NCBI GenBank assembly: GCA_947479815.1
Contig: CANKAT010000002.1
Coordinates: 4,291-68,290 of the forward strand
Direction of reading: 5' to 3'
From: Sphingobacteriaceae bacterium
Lineage (GTDB): Bacteria; Bacteroidota; Bacteroidia; Sphingobacteriales; Sphingobacteriaceae
DNA length: 64,000 nt
The notes under the pieces are model-generated. The model had not been told where the DNA came from. It saw nothing but the letters and a program-made list of their open reading frames with translations, and did no database searches. Position 1 is the first letter of the stretch, and each line of letters opens with the position of its first letter. This document shows, in pieces, positions 9,790 to 21,997 of this stretch. A program made the position numbers and the translations under genes.

Positions 9790-10884
9790 TTAGCTCTGGT
9801 ATTTGTGTTCATTCAAACATTTATTTACGATATCAATTAATATTTTCTCGTTTTCATATAACTCATTCAACAATTTGAATTGATTTTTAGTGCGGTCGAG
9901 ATTTTGCTCGGCATAAGCAATTGGATAATAAATATTTCCATTAAGATAGTCGGTTAAAAATCTGATTGCCTGCATATAAATCAGGTATTTCGCCGAAAAG
10001 AGTATCAGTTCTTTTTCAACCGAGCTTAAGATCGCGCCCATTTCATGCAAATACCCATTTACAATTGCCTCGAAATATTCAATACGGATCGTAATCTTGC
10101 TAATATCGGGTTCATTTTCAGAGAAAGCGCAAAGGTAGGTTCGCATCATATCACCCAGATCAGAAATAAATTTACCAGCCATTAAGGTGTCAAGATCAAT
10201 TACGCAAATACCCTTCATGCTATCTTTATCAAATAACATATTGCTAATCTTGGTATCATGGTGCATTGCCCTATCCGGAAATTCAGTCGAATTCTTAAAT
10301 GAATTGAAATAGTCAAGGATAAAGCCGTAATGCAAGGCTGTATTGATTTCATTCGCTGCCTTTTGTTTTATTTCTTCTGAGGCCACTTCCAATGCATCAG
10401 TAAACTGCTTATAACGTAAGCCCAAGTCATGAAAACCAGGAATGGTTTCTTTTAATTGTGAAGCATCAAAAGCAGAAAGCAGCTTATTAAGCCTTCCAAA
10501 TTGCAAGGCAGCTTCATATGCCTGCCTAGGATCACTTAAGGCATCAAAGGATATCGAATTACTTATAAAATTTGTTAATCGCCAGTATACCCCTTCTACA
10601 ACAGCCATTTCCTCGCCATTTATAGTTGGGATAGCTTTTACAAATAGATATTCGGGATAATGCTCTGCCAGGAAATCTGCTACCAGCTTAACATTTTGAG
10701 CAATGATATCAGGCTTTTTAAAAACATTGATGTTTATACTTTGTAATATAAACTGCTCGCCAGTATTATTTTGAGTAAGCAAAAAGGTTGAATTGATATG
10801 GCCAGTTCCAAATGATTTCAATACAACCTCAGCTGGCTTAAATCCATATTCACTTAAAACCGTTTCATTAATTTCTGTTCCCAT
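9790..10884 (-). CDS. APH/choline-kinase-fold phosphotransferase, N-acetylhexosamine 1-kinase-like
   Basis: GTGHINSTF, HHDTKISN (HxDxxxxN), IDLDT, RFLTDYLNGNIYY; ATG at 10884. Confidence 0.75.
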   Translation of the reverse strand: MGTEINETVLSEYGFKPAEVVLKSFGTGHINSTFLLTQNNTGEQFILQSININVFKKPDIIAQNVKLVADFLAEHYPEYLFVKAIPTINGEEMAVVEGVYWRLTNFISNSISFDALSDPRQAYEAALQFGRLNKLLSAFDASQLKETIPGFHDLGLRYKQFTDALEVASEEIKQKAANEINTALHYGFILDYFNSFKNSTEFPDRAMHHDTKISNMLFDKDSMKGICVIDLDTLMAGKFISDLGDMMRTYLCAFSENEPDISKITIRIEYFEAIVNGYLHEMGAILSSVEKELILFSAKYLIYMQAIRFLTDYLNGNIYYPIAYAEQNLDRTKNQFKLLNELYENEKILIDIVNKCLNEHKYQS

Positions 10885-10928
10885 TTCTATTAAAAGCAAT
10901 TCATAAATCTAAAAAAACAAAGTTCAGA

Positions 10929-12206
10929 TTATTTTAGTACTAAAGTTCTATACTTAGCGTAAAAATAAACTGAAGAAAAAATTGTTAATGCAAGCCCTGC
11001 AAGCGAAAGCCAAATTACGCTATTCGAGAAGAAGGTTACCCAATTCAATTGAACTTTAAAAATTTCCTTGCTCAGCATCACACCAACACTCCCTACATAA
11101 CCAAAAGAATCGGCCAGATAAATTAAAAATCCAACATTGCCTGTATGCTTGAAAGCTGCGATTAAACGATCAAAAAATACTGAATTAAAGGGTATATACA
11201 CCATATACAATCCTAAACCTACCAGGGTCATCCACCAAATAGGAGGCATATTTTGATTGATAAAAAGATAGGAAGAAAGTCCTGCAATACTAAATCCCAA
11301 TCCGATAAAAAAATGTGAAAGCATCAAGGCTTTAAAACTATCCTTTATCAAGACCATACTTCCAATAAGCAGGAGAATAATAATCGTTATGGGAGTCTCA
11401 GTTGTTGCAAAAAGTTCAGGTTTATCAAAAAACCCCATTTCCTTCCACATTTCAGCACTGAAATTATCTCGCATATCTCTAAAAATGGTTGCAAAAGCAT
11501 AAATCAGGATACAAGCAATCAAACCAGGAAGAAAAATCCGAATAAAATTTTTCCGGTCTTGCCCAAGCATTGGAACCCGAGCCATACGGTATGCAATATC
11601 CTTATCATCGGGAGATGGAATTTTTTCTATTAAATAAACAAAGAGTAAGAGCGGAGCGGCAAAAACCAATCCTGTATAAAACGGAACCCAAAATTCTGTA
11701 ATGCCAAAATTCAACATCAGCCAGGCACCTACGGTTTTTACAAAGCCTGAGGCAAATATAAAACTCACTGCAAGGGTTGCTCCAATAAAGTCAGTACTAC
11801 GCCTGCCTTCTACATAAGAAAAAACCACACCCCAAAGCATCCCTAAAGGAAAACCATTGATAAATAGAAATACGATATTATAGGGTGCTGGTACAAGCGC
11901 AAAAAATAACCAACTTAACCAGGCAATAACAGTAAGAAGCATGATGATTTGCCCTCTTCCATGACGTTTTAGCTCAGATATATATTTAATACCATAAAAT
12001 TTGGCAAGCATATATCCTAACATCTGGCAGATGACCAGAATAGTTTTATAACTATATCCAGCTACGGTAATCCCGTCAAAAGTTGCAACTGTAAATGATT
12101 TTCTGAATCCAAAAACCATAGTATAGGTAAGAAATACAGTCACAGCAGCATATAAGCCTATCTGCAGTGATGTTCCTTTAAAATACTTTGGTGTCAGGAA
12201 GGCCAT
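10929..12206 (-). CDS. Multi-pass MFS-like membrane protein (DUF5690-like)
   Basis: About 11-12 hydrophobic segments; FRKSF, YVEGRR, GNVGFLIYLADSFGYVGS motifs. Confidence 0.72.
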   Translation of the reverse strand: MAFLTPKYFKGTSLQIGLYAAVTVFLTYTMVFGFRKSFTVATFDGITVAGYSYKTILVICQMLGYMLAKFYGIKYISELKRHGRGQIIMLLTVIAWLSWLFFALVPAPYNIVFLFINGFPLGMLWGVVFSYVEGRRSTDFIGATLAVSFIFASGFVKTVGAWLMLNFGITEFWVPFYTGLVFAAPLLLFVYLIEKIPSPDDKDIAYRMARVPMLGQDRKNFIRIFLPGLIACILIYAFATIFRDMRDNFSAEMWKEMGFFDKPELFATTETPITIIILLLIGSMVLIKDSFKALMLSHFFIGLGFSIAGLSSYLFINQNMPPIWWMTLVGLGLYMVYIPFNSVFFDRLIAAFKHTGNVGFLIYLADSFGYVGSVGVMLSKEIFKVQLNWVTFFSNSVIWLSLAGLALTIFSSVYFYAKYRTLVLK

Positions 12207-12391
12207 AAAATCAGGATTTAGATTTTTATTTGTTTGGAAGGTAATAAAACCTTTTTCAATGCAAAAATCTCAATGAAAAATTGAAAATAATTTGATGATT
12301 ATAGAACAAAACAAAACGACTTTTGCTTGCTAAAATACTCAACTATAGAATTAATACTTATCTTCATTTAGGGAATCTAAACACAAAGCAA

Positions 12392-13267
12392 ATGAAAGTT
12401 CAAGCAATACTTATCTTCTTATTCACCTGTTGCCTAAGTCTATTAAATGCACGAGAAAAACCGCTTCAAATCATTATGATAGGTGCACATCCTGATGACT
12501 GTGACATTAAAAGCGGCGGTACTGCAGCTCTTTTTATTGCCATGGGTCATCACGTTAAATTCCTTTCAGTAACCAATGGCGATGCTGGGCATATGAATGA
12601 AGGCGGCGGAATGCTGGCCAAAAGAAGGCTTGAAGAAACCAAAGAAGTTGCAAGACGCGTAGGAGTAAGCTATGAAGTGCTCGACAATCATGATGGAGAA
12701 CTATTGCCAACTCTGGCCATCCGATTTGAAATTATACGGAGAATAAGAGAATGGAATGCAGACATAGTGATTGCCCCAAGACCCAATGACTACCATCCTG
12801 ATCATCGATACACAGGTGTTTTAGTTCAGGATGCTGCATTTATGGTTGGAGTACCCAACGTTGCATCTGATACTCCCCCATTGCGTAAAAATCCTGTATT
12901 TCTTTATTTTCAGGATAATTTCAAAAAGCCTAATCCGTTTCAGCCTGACATTGCAGTAGACATTACTTCAGTCATTGATAAAAAAATATATGGTCTTGAT
13001 GCTCATAAATCGCAGTTTTATGAGTGGCTGCCTTGGATTGGCGGCAATCTGGAGAAGGCACCCATTGACCCTGCAGAAAGAATAGTATGGCTGAAGAAAC
13101 AAAGAACAGGATCAATCTCGGCAGAAGTTAAAGCTAGCCTTCAAAAATGGTATGGCGCAGAAAAAGCAGAACAAGTAAACTACACAGAAGCCTTTGAAAT
13201 ATGCGAATATGGCAGTCGACCTACCGAAGCGGATATCAAAAGGCTTTTCCCAATGTTGGGAAAATAG
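12392..13267 (+). CDS. PIG-L/LmbE family deacetylase with signal peptide
   Basis: AHPDD and HPDH zinc motifs; start MKVQAILIFLF preceded by an A-rich leader. Confidence 0.88.
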   Translation: MKVQAILIFLFTCCLSLLNAREKPLQIIMIGAHPDDCDIKSGGTAALFIAMGHHVKFLSVTNGDAGHMNEGGGMLAKRRLEETKEVARRVGVSYEVLDNHDGELLPTLAIRFEIIRRIREWNADIVIAPRPNDYHPDHRYTGVLVQDAAFMVGVPNVASDTPPLRKNPVFLYFQDNFKKPNPFQPDIAVDITSVIDKKIYGLDAHKSQFYEWLPWIGGNLEKAPIDPAERIVWLKKQRTGSISAEVKASLQKWYGAEKAEQVNYTEAFEICEYGSRPTEADIKRLFPMLGK

Positions 13268-13279
13268 CATAAAAAAAGA

Positions 13280-13504
13280 CTACTCGGGTTTAGGGCCTCG
13301 TTTATAAATGATCAGACCATTTAAAAAATTTCGCAGAATCTGATCACCACAAGGCTTAAAGTTTTCATGTTCTTTATTGCGGAAAATAGCTCCCAATTCA
13401 GCTTTAGTAATTGAAAAATCTACTAGTTTTAGAATGTCTACAATTTCCTGATCGTTTAGCTTAAGGGCTACACGAAGCTTTTTCATGATGTCGTTATTGC
13501 TCAT
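13280..13504 (-). CDS. DUF1456 (YehS-like) protein
   Basis: MSNNDIMKKLRVAL ... CGDQILRNFLNGLI. Confidence 0.8.
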   Translation of the reverse strand: MSNNDIMKKLRVALKLNDQEIVDILKLVDFSITKAELGAIFRNKEHENFKPCGDQILRNFLNGLIIYKRGPKPE

Positions 13505-13508
13505 AATT

Positions 13509-14810
13509 TTACCGAGAGATTTCTATTTTGATTTTCTTATTCTTTATTTTTTCGTTTTTTAGAAGTTTTACAATGTTGGCGATCTTTTTACGGCTCACGC
13601 CAGCATAGGAAGCATAATCCTGAACTTCTATCAAACCTAATTCATCCTTTTCTAGTTTTCCTTTTTTCATTAACAGGCCAACAATATCAATCTTATTGAT
13701 CTTATCTTTTCGACCGGCTCCTAAATAAAGAGTGGCCCAAGAGGTATTCTCAGGAACAAGATCCTTTTCAGGTAAAACTTCAATCACCGTTTTATCTTTT
13801 AAAAATGAAGGCTTTTCATCTTCAGTAAGAATAACATAGGCTGTTCCGCTAGAATGCATTCTGGCAGTACGCCCATTTCTATGCAAAAAAGCTTCTTCAT
13901 TATGTGGCAGCTGATAGTGAACAACAAATTCAATTTCTGGAATATCCAAACCACGCGAAGCTAGATCTGTAGTTATCAAAAATCGATAGCTACCATTTCT
14001 GAATTTCAATAAAGCCTTTTCACGGTCTTCTTGCTCCATGCCACCATGAAAAACCCCATGATCAAGGCCCATATTCCATAATAAAGCACTTATGCGGTCA
14101 ACTGCTTCACGATGGTTACAGAAAACCAGTGTAGATCGGTTTCCAATTTTACAGATCAATGAAAATAAAGCTTCCAGTTTGTCGGCTGCATCAGAAACTA
14201 CAGATTTGATGACTAGATCAGGCAAGCTATTGGAATCGCTAAGAAAGTTTACTTCAGCCGACTTAACTAAACCGGTAAATGAGGGTATCTCGGTCATTTT
14301 TGTTGCAGAGGTAAGAATTCTACGTCCTACATTTTTCAAACGACTGATAATAAAGGCCATATCTTCTTCAAAACCAAATTCTAAGGCCTTATCAAACTCA
14401 TCGAGAACGATGGTATGAATAGCATTAGGATTAAAGTTCTCGTGTCGAATATGATAGGCAATTCGTCCGGGTGTACCAATTAAAACAGCTGGTGCCTCAA
14501 TTAAATTATTTCTTTCTGTTTTTACCGGATGTCCTCCATAAAAACAATTGACCTTGAATCCGGTACCCATGGCTTTAAAAACCTGTTCAATTTGCAGAGC
14601 CAATTCTCTTGAAGGAACTAAAATCATTGCCTGAATACCTGGCTTAGCATGATCTAACCGACTTAATACAGGTATTAAAAAAGCAATTGTTTTGCCAGAA
14701 CCCGTAGGCGACAAAATTACAGTATCGGTATTGCTAGCAGAATCGATCGCAACACGCTGCATCTCATTGAGTGATGCAATTTTTAAATTCTTTAATACCT
14801 TCTCTATCAT
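13509..14810 (-). CDS. DEAD-box RNA helicase, DbpA-like
   Basis: SPTGSGKT, PSRELA, TPGR, DEFD, SAT, HRNGRTAR; C-terminal GRKDKINKIDIVG RNA-binding domain. Confidence 0.9.
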   Translation of the reverse strand: MIEKVLKNLKIASLNEMQRVAIDSASNTDTVILSPTGSGKTIAFLIPVLSRLDHAKPGIQAMILVPSRELALQIEQVFKAMGTGFKVNCFYGGHPVKTERNNLIEAPAVLIGTPGRIAYHIRHENFNPNAIHTIVLDEFDKALEFGFEEDMAFIISRLKNVGRRILTSATKMTEIPSFTGLVKSAEVNFLSDSNSLPDLVIKSVVSDAADKLEALFSLICKIGNRSTLVFCNHREAVDRISALLWNMGLDHGVFHGGMEQEDREKALLKFRNGSYRFLITTDLASRGLDIPEIEFVVHYQLPHNEEAFLHRNGRTARMHSSGTAYVILTEDEKPSFLKDKTVIEVLPEKDLVPENTSWATLYLGAGRKDKINKIDIVGLLMKKGKLEKDELGLIEVQDYASYAGVSRKKIANIVKLLKNEKIKNKKIKIEISR

Positions 14811-14826
14811 TTAGCCATTTAAACCG

Positions 14827-14834
14827 CAAAGGTA
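14827..14834 (-). promoter_or_regulatory. -7 element TACCTTTG for the helicase operon
   Basis: Exact consensus 16 nt upstream of the ATG. Confidence 0.6.
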
Positions 14835-14963
14835 ATGCAATTATTAGCAATCAATTTATTCATACCAATCAACAATAAATTAATTCAATCTAGAGATTAG
14901 GATGAGCCAATTTTCCTTATTTTCGTAAAACATATTCTACAAATTCGAATTTTCTACCATACC

Positions 14964-15845
14964 ATGAAAACAAAAATTATTCTACCCCTTTTAGTGATCA
15001 TCACAATTTACCTGAGTTCATGCCAGCAAAATTCGTCAGCCAAAGCATCTGAAACCACAGATAGCACTTCTGTAGAACAATTAAATACTGGTACTACTGA
15101 AAGTAAAGATGATGAAAAGCATACTGGTAATTCAGGGAAAATAGCCAGCGCTGCCGAGATTCTGGCTCGGCCTCAGGTACCAATTCTTTGTTACCACCAG
15201 ATAAGAAACTGGACAGCATCTGATGGGAAAATGGGGAAAGATTATATCGTACCCATTGCCGAATTTAAATCTCAAATGAAAATGCTCGCAGATAGTGGTT
15301 ATCACACCATTTTACCTGACCAATTATATAGCTACTTAGCCTATGGAACTAAATTGCCTAAAAAGCCGATTATGCTTACTTTTGATGACACCAAACTTGA
15401 CCAATATACTGCAGCTATCCCAGAGATGAAAAAATATGGTTTTAAGGCTGTATTTTATATCATGACCGTTTCACTAGGGAAGCCAAATTACATGAGCAAA
15501 GCACAGGTTAAAGAATTATCTGAAGCAGGGCATGTTATTGGTTCTCATACGTATGACCATCAGAATGTTAAAAAATACCAGGGTGATGATTGGCTTACAC
15601 AGATTGAAAAACCAACCAAAACGCTAAAAGAGATCACGGCTAAGGATGTCAAGTATTTTGCATACCCATTTGGCTTGTGGAACAAAGAGGCAATTCCTGA
15701 ATTAAAGAAACGAGGATTTGCCTCAGCATTTATTCTTTCAGGAAAGAGAGATGAAAACGATCCACTATTTACTATCCGAAGGATCATTGCAAGTGGCTAT
15801 TGGAATACCAAAACACTTCATAATAGTATTGTAAAAAGTTTTTAA
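14964..15845 (+). CDS. Polysaccharide deacetylase (CE4/NodB) lipoprotein
   Basis: Lipobox LSSC; PILCYH, TFDD, HTYDH, FAYPFG. Confidence 0.88.
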   Translation: MKTKIILPLLVIITIYLSSCQQNSSAKASETTDSTSVEQLNTGTTESKDDEKHTGNSGKIASAAEILARPQVPILCYHQIRNWTASDGKMGKDYIVPIAEFKSQMKMLADSGYHTILPDQLYSYLAYGTKLPKKPIMLTFDDTKLDQYTAAIPEMKKYGFKAVFYIMTVSLGKPNYMSKAQVKELSEAGHVIGSHTYDHQNVKKYQGDDWLTQIEKPTKTLKEITAKDVKYFAYPFGLWNKEAIPELKKRGFASAFILSGKRDENDPLFTIRRIIASGYWNTKTLHNSIVKSF

Positions 15846-15909
15846 ATCCTTTCTAAACTAAATTTAACCTGAGTTAAACCATTATATTAGATCACTAGAA
15901 AAAAAAAAT

Positions 15910-16422
15910 ATGAAAAAAATAGTACTATTAACTCTAATCGTTGGGTTATTCACCACTTTAAATGCATCTGCTCAGCAAGATAAAAGCAAAAGAGCAAGTC
16001 CACCGGCAATAGTATCCCAAACTTTAGGATCTGGTGCCCAAATTTCAATTGACTATAGTCGACCTTCAATAAAAGGCAGATCTATGAATGAACTTGTCCC
16101 AGCCGGAAAAGTTTGGAGAACAGGTGCTAATGAAGCAACAGTGTTTGAAACAAGTAAAGATGTAAGTATCGATGGTCAAAAACTTTTGGCCGGAAAATAT
16201 AGCATATATTCTATTCCAGGCGAAAAAGAATGGACTATTATTTTTAACAAAACCTGGAAGCAATGGGGAACTGTTTATAAAGAAAGTGAAGATGCTTTAC
16301 GCATAGGTGTAAAATCTGGCAAATCGAAGCAATTTACTGAGATGATGACCTTTGAAATTGCCAAGAATGGAAAAGTTTCACTAATGTGGGCAGAAACTCA
16401 AATTGATTTTAAAGTGCAATAA
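15910..16422 (+). CDS. DUF2911 family secreted protein
   Basis: Signal peptide; RASPPA, YSRPS, VWRTGANEAT. Confidence 0.85.
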   Translation: MKKIVLLTLIVGLFTTLNASAQQDKSKRASPPAIVSQTLGSGAQISIDYSRPSIKGRSMNELVPAGKVWRTGANEATVFETSKDVSIDGQKLLAGKYSIYSIPGEKEWTIIFNKTWKQWGTVYKESEDALRIGVKSGKSKQFTEMMTFEIAKNGKVSLMWAETQIDFKVQ

Positions 16423-16439
16423 AAATTATAACTATATTG

Positions 16440-16472
16440 AAGGGCCTAAGTTTTAAATTTAGGCCCTTTTTT
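16440..16472 (+). terminator. Intrinsic terminator
   Basis: AAGGGCCTAA...TTAGGCCCTT followed by a T tract. Confidence 0.8.
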
Positions 16473-16498
16473 ATGTCCTTAATTTTCCTGCACCTACT

Positions 16499-17401
16499 AT
16501 GAAAGTTATTCATTCACTATTTTTTCTTCTGCTAACATTCTCCTTCTTTTCTTCATGTAAATCAGATTCCTCTAAGTCTGAAACAAGTAATATTGATTAC
16601 TTATACACTGATTTCAAACCTGACGAATTGTATCCTGCAAGACAGGTAGAGCTACAAATTAAATCGTCTGGTTCAACTATATATGGCTTTGCTTACACAG
16701 CGAATGGGCAAGGGCCACACCCAACCATAGTACTTCTACACGGTTTACCAGGCAATGAACGAAATCTAGACATTGCACAAAATATGCGACGGGCAGGTTT
16801 TAATGTGATTTATTTCAATTACCGCGGTACCTGGGGCAGCAAAGGTGAGTTTAAATTCAGAAACACTATTGAAGATGCGAGTGCTGTAGTTGACTACCTG
16901 ACAGACAGCTTAAACAGGGTGACTCTAAAGGTTGATACCGGAAAAATTGCTTTTATTGGCCATAGCATGGGAGCAGGTATTGCCTTAATTGCAGGATTAA
17001 AAGACCCTAGAATAAAAGGAGTTTTTGCCATTTCCGTTTTTAATCCATTTACACTTTTGCAGGGCGAAAATGCAGAAGGAAATTTAATTGGCCTTAAGGA
17101 ATATCTATTGACTCTTGGAATGCATAATTGTGATCCCAATCAATTCCTTAATGATATATTAAATGATATCGATCAATATAATATCGAGAAGATGATCGCA
17201 ATTTCAAAGAAACCGATAATGGTAATAGATGAACATATGAATAATTCAACCTTTACCAATTATAATAAAAGTAAAACTTTTCAATATAAAATCTGGAATA
17301 CTGATCACGCCTTTTCAAATAGACGCATTGCATTGACTAAAGAGATTGTAAATTGGATGAACAAAAATGTTGTTGAGAAAAAGCTGAAGGCAAAAGATTG
17401 A
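16499..17401 (+). CDS. Alpha/beta hydrolase lipoprotein
   Basis: Lipobox FSSC; LHGLPG, nucleophile GHSMG, C-terminal TDHAFS. Confidence 0.85.
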   Translation: MKVIHSLFFLLLTFSFFSSCKSDSSKSETSNIDYLYTDFKPDELYPARQVELQIKSSGSTIYGFAYTANGQGPHPTIVLLHGLPGNERNLDIAQNMRRAGFNVIYFNYRGTWGSKGEFKFRNTIEDASAVVDYLTDSLNRVTLKVDTGKIAFIGHSMGAGIALIAGLKDPRIKGVFAISVFNPFTLLQGENAEGNLIGLKEYLLTLGMHNCDPNQFLNDILNDIDQYNIEKMIAISKKPIMVIDEHMNNSTFTNYNKSKTFQYKIWNTDHAFSNRRIALTKEIVNWMNKNVVEKKLKAKD

Positions 17402-17416
17402 AATTATTTTAAAGAA

Positions 17417-17869
17417 TCAAAAAATAGATTCTATTACAAATGGCTTACCATTGAAATCAAATTCGTATCCTACTTTCTGTCTCATTAGTTTCAATCCGAT
17501 AGGTGAAATGGCAGAGATTGCAAAATAATTAATTCCATCTACTTGTATCTGACCCCGACTTATACTGATATAAAACTTACCAAAATTTGTGATGACCAAG
17601 CTTCCGGAATGAACTATTTCTGAAACCTGATAATTTTCGATCTGTTCTAGAGCAAGACTCATTTTTTTTGCTTCCTCCAACTGTTTCCTGTTCCTGTCAA
17701 TTTCCTGCTGCATCATTTCCCTACCGGTTTCGAACTTATCCCCTGCACTACTCTTGGTATCATCATTAGCAGAAGATTGGGCATCTTCAATGGCAAGTTG
17801 AGCGGTATTTATACATTCCTCTACATAGTGTAGGCAATGTTTAAACAATTCATCTTTGATCCTATTCAT
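17417..17869 (-). CDS. GreA/GreB-like protein
   Basis: Coiled coil with tip KSSAGDKFETGREM (DxxE); C-terminal ISAISPIG. Confidence 0.7.
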   Translation of the reverse strand: MNRIKDELFKHCLHYVEECINTAQLAIEDAQSSANDDTKSSAGDKFETGREMMQQEIDRNRKQLEEAKKMSLALEQIENYQVSEIVHSGSLVITNFGKFYISISRGQIQVDGINYFAISAISPIGLKLMRQKVGYEFDFNGKPFVIESIF

Positions 17870-18095
17870 TTGTACAAAGAAGCATATTATTTAAATAACT
17901 GCACAATAGTGGAGATGCTTTGTGAATAAAAAAAATAATTCCATTCCCAATCGTTGAGAGGATAATCCCAATTATAAATGAAATGTGAACGTTCTTAAAG
18001 CAGAACGATTAAAAAATCAGATCAAAATCATAATAACCTAGACCTATAAATAAAATCAAAACAAGGGTGATTAATACCATGAAAACGTAAATTAA

Positions 18096-19793
<1,698 letters not shown>

Positions 19794-19813
19794 ATCAGAT
19801 TTAAGACACTCCT

Positions 19814-19850
19814 AAAAAAGCCGGTAAATTGTTTAATTCATCGGCTTTTT
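19814..19850. terminator. Bidirectional intrinsic terminator
   Basis: AAAAAAGCCG...CGGCTTTTT between convergent genes. Confidence 0.7.
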
Positions 19851-19862
19851 CATTTCAAAAAA

Positions 19863-21773
19863 TTACAATCTTGCGCGCCTTTTTAAATCTGCGATAGGCA
19901 TAGTCAACATCCTTCCAACAGGTAATTTATCTTTATAAGTAATCAACTTTAGTTGCTTCGCATCTATAGGCGCAGTTAATGTACCCATATACTTAGGATA
20001 AAATCTATCTGGGAAAGAATTATCAAAACTGTAATAAATATCTAGTCCTTCTACTTCTAAACTAAGATCAATAGTGAGTTTATTATCGAATGTTTTACCC
20101 ACCTTAACTATTGGATCATAAACGGCTGGAGAATATTTTGTTTCAGAAAAATCAAACCGTTTAAAGTGTTCTTCTACCCTTGAAAAGAATTCAGACCAGT
20201 TCTTCTTATCCTTTGGCGACCAAACCGATTCTGCGATTGCAAATGCTCTGGGCCAAGTCATGTATTCAGCCTGCCGGATTGTATATACCTGTTCGGTCCA
20301 TAAATTAGCCTGCGCCCCTTTAATATACTGCGGATCTACGCCTTCTGGAACAGGTTCAAATTCGTATGACTTATTTAAACGAAGTGAGGCATACACCCTT
20401 GGCTCTGAAATAACATCAGACTGCATATAATCGAGGTAGGCATAAGTAGTAGGGCTCATGACAACTTCGTGTTTATTCAGGGCAGCTTCAATGCCATATT
20501 TCATTCCACGCCAACTCATAACAGCGGTTGTAGGGCTCACCCCTCCTTCTAACACCTCATCCCAGGCCATCATTTTTTTCCCTTTAGATTCTACAATCTT
20601 TTCAACTCTTCTAGTAAAATAACCTTGAACTTCAGTAATATTTTTAATGCCTTCTCGAGCCATCAATGCTTTGATTTGTTCATTTTTTTGCCAGAAATTA
20701 ATCGGAGCCTCATCGCCACCTAGATGAATGTACTCAAATGGAAAAAGTTCTGCCAGTTGAGTAATTACTGTATCCATAAAACTATAAGCGAGTTCATTTG
20801 CGGGGCAAAGTGTATTATCCAATAAAGCTTTTGGTGGCGCCCCTCCAGACCAATCCATGATCTTCTCGCCCGATCTAACCTTATAATTGACGGCATCTGG
20901 AGTACATGACAACTCAGGATATGAAGCAATTGCTGCAAGGCTATGCCCAGGAACATCAACTTCGGGCATTATTTCTATAAATCGATCTTTAGCATAACGC
21001 ACCAATTCCTTGATATCTTCCTGAGTATAAAAACCGCCATAGTTGCGTGGCTCATTTGCTGATGGAGGAATAAAGTCGCCAAATTCACCTTCTCTTTTTA
21101 CATTCCATGCGCCAATTTCGGTTAATTTAGGATACCCTTTTATTTCAATTCGCCAGCCTTCATCATCGGTAAGGTGCAAATGCAATACATTATACTTGTA
21201 CTTTGACATGGCATCGATGTATTGTTTCACTTCATCTTTAGTAAAAAAATGTCTTGCAACATCAAACATTAAACCCCGCCAACCCAGTTTAGGAAAATCT
21301 TGAATTTCAACAATTGGAACTACCCAATTAATATTTTTGACTAGCACCTTGCTTTCAATTTGGCTTGGAAGTAGTTGAAGTAATGTTTGAACGCCATAAA
21401 ATAAGCCAGCAGGTTCATTGGCCTTTATTTTAATGCCTGTATGAGTAACCGAAAGCGTATAGCCCTCTTTTCCCAGTTGACTATCATAACTATCATTCAA
21501 CAACAATTTTAATGTTGCACCATTTGAACTATTTGCAGAACTTACCTGATAACCGGTTGGTAAGGATAATCTTTCACTAAGAATTGAAATGGTTTTAAAA
21601 AGCTCTGGCGAATCGGGTGCATGAATCAAAATTTCTTTTGGAAAGGTGAAATGACCATTTCCTTTCAAAATATGAACCGGTTGAGGTATAATAGAAATAC
21701 TGTTTGTAGGTACCTGACTAGTTGCAGTAAATGAGATTAGAATAAAGAGAAAAAAAAGAATTTGTTTGTTCAT
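19863..21773 (-). CDS. GH20 beta-N-acetylhexosaminidase
   Basis: Signal peptide; WRGLMFDVARHF, HLTDDEGWR, PGH, catalytic HLGGDE, LWTE. Confidence 0.93.
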   Translation of the reverse strand: MNKQILFFLFILISFTATSQVPTNSISIIPQPVHILKGNGHFTFPKEILIHAPDSPELFKTISILSERLSLPTGYQVSSANSSNGATLKLLLNDSYDSQLGKEGYTLSVTHTGIKIKANEPAGLFYGVQTLLQLLPSQIESKVLVKNINWVVPIVEIQDFPKLGWRGLMFDVARHFFTKDEVKQYIDAMSKYKYNVLHLHLTDDEGWRIEIKGYPKLTEIGAWNVKREGEFGDFIPPSANEPRNYGGFYTQEDIKELVRYAKDRFIEIMPEVDVPGHSLAAIASYPELSCTPDAVNYKVRSGEKIMDWSGGAPPKALLDNTLCPANELAYSFMDTVITQLAELFPFEYIHLGGDEAPINFWQKNEQIKALMAREGIKNITEVQGYFTRRVEKIVESKGKKMMAWDEVLEGGVSPTTAVMSWRGMKYGIEAALNKHEVVMSPTTYAYLDYMQSDVISEPRVYASLRLNKSYEFEPVPEGVDPQYIKGAQANLWTEQVYTIRQAEYMTWPRAFAIAESVWSPKDKKNWSEFFSRVEEHFKRFDFSETKYSPAVYDPIVKVGKTFDNKLTIDLSLEVEGLDIYYSFDNSFPDRFYPKYMGTLTAPIDAKQLKLITYKDKLPVGRMLTMPIADLKRRARL

Positions 21774-21945
21774 TAATACTAAATATTTGTTTGCAGGATA
21801 ATACTATTAGCTAATATGTTTCAGAATCTGAAAATTTAAATTCAGATCAGAACATGCAATTTATATAATTAAACAAATATTTATGAGGTAAATGCATACA
21901 GAATATGATTTTAGAGACCATTCAAAAGCTGAAATACTAGTAAAT

Positions 21946-21977
21946 AAAAAAGCAGCTCCCCTAAAGGAAGCTGCTTT
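21946..21977 (-). terminator. Intrinsic terminator of the PepSY-like gene
   Basis: Minus strand reads AAAGCAGCTTCC-TTTAG-GGGAGCTGCTTTTTT. Confidence 0.75.
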
Positions 21978-21997
21978 GAAAATTAAATATTAGCTAC

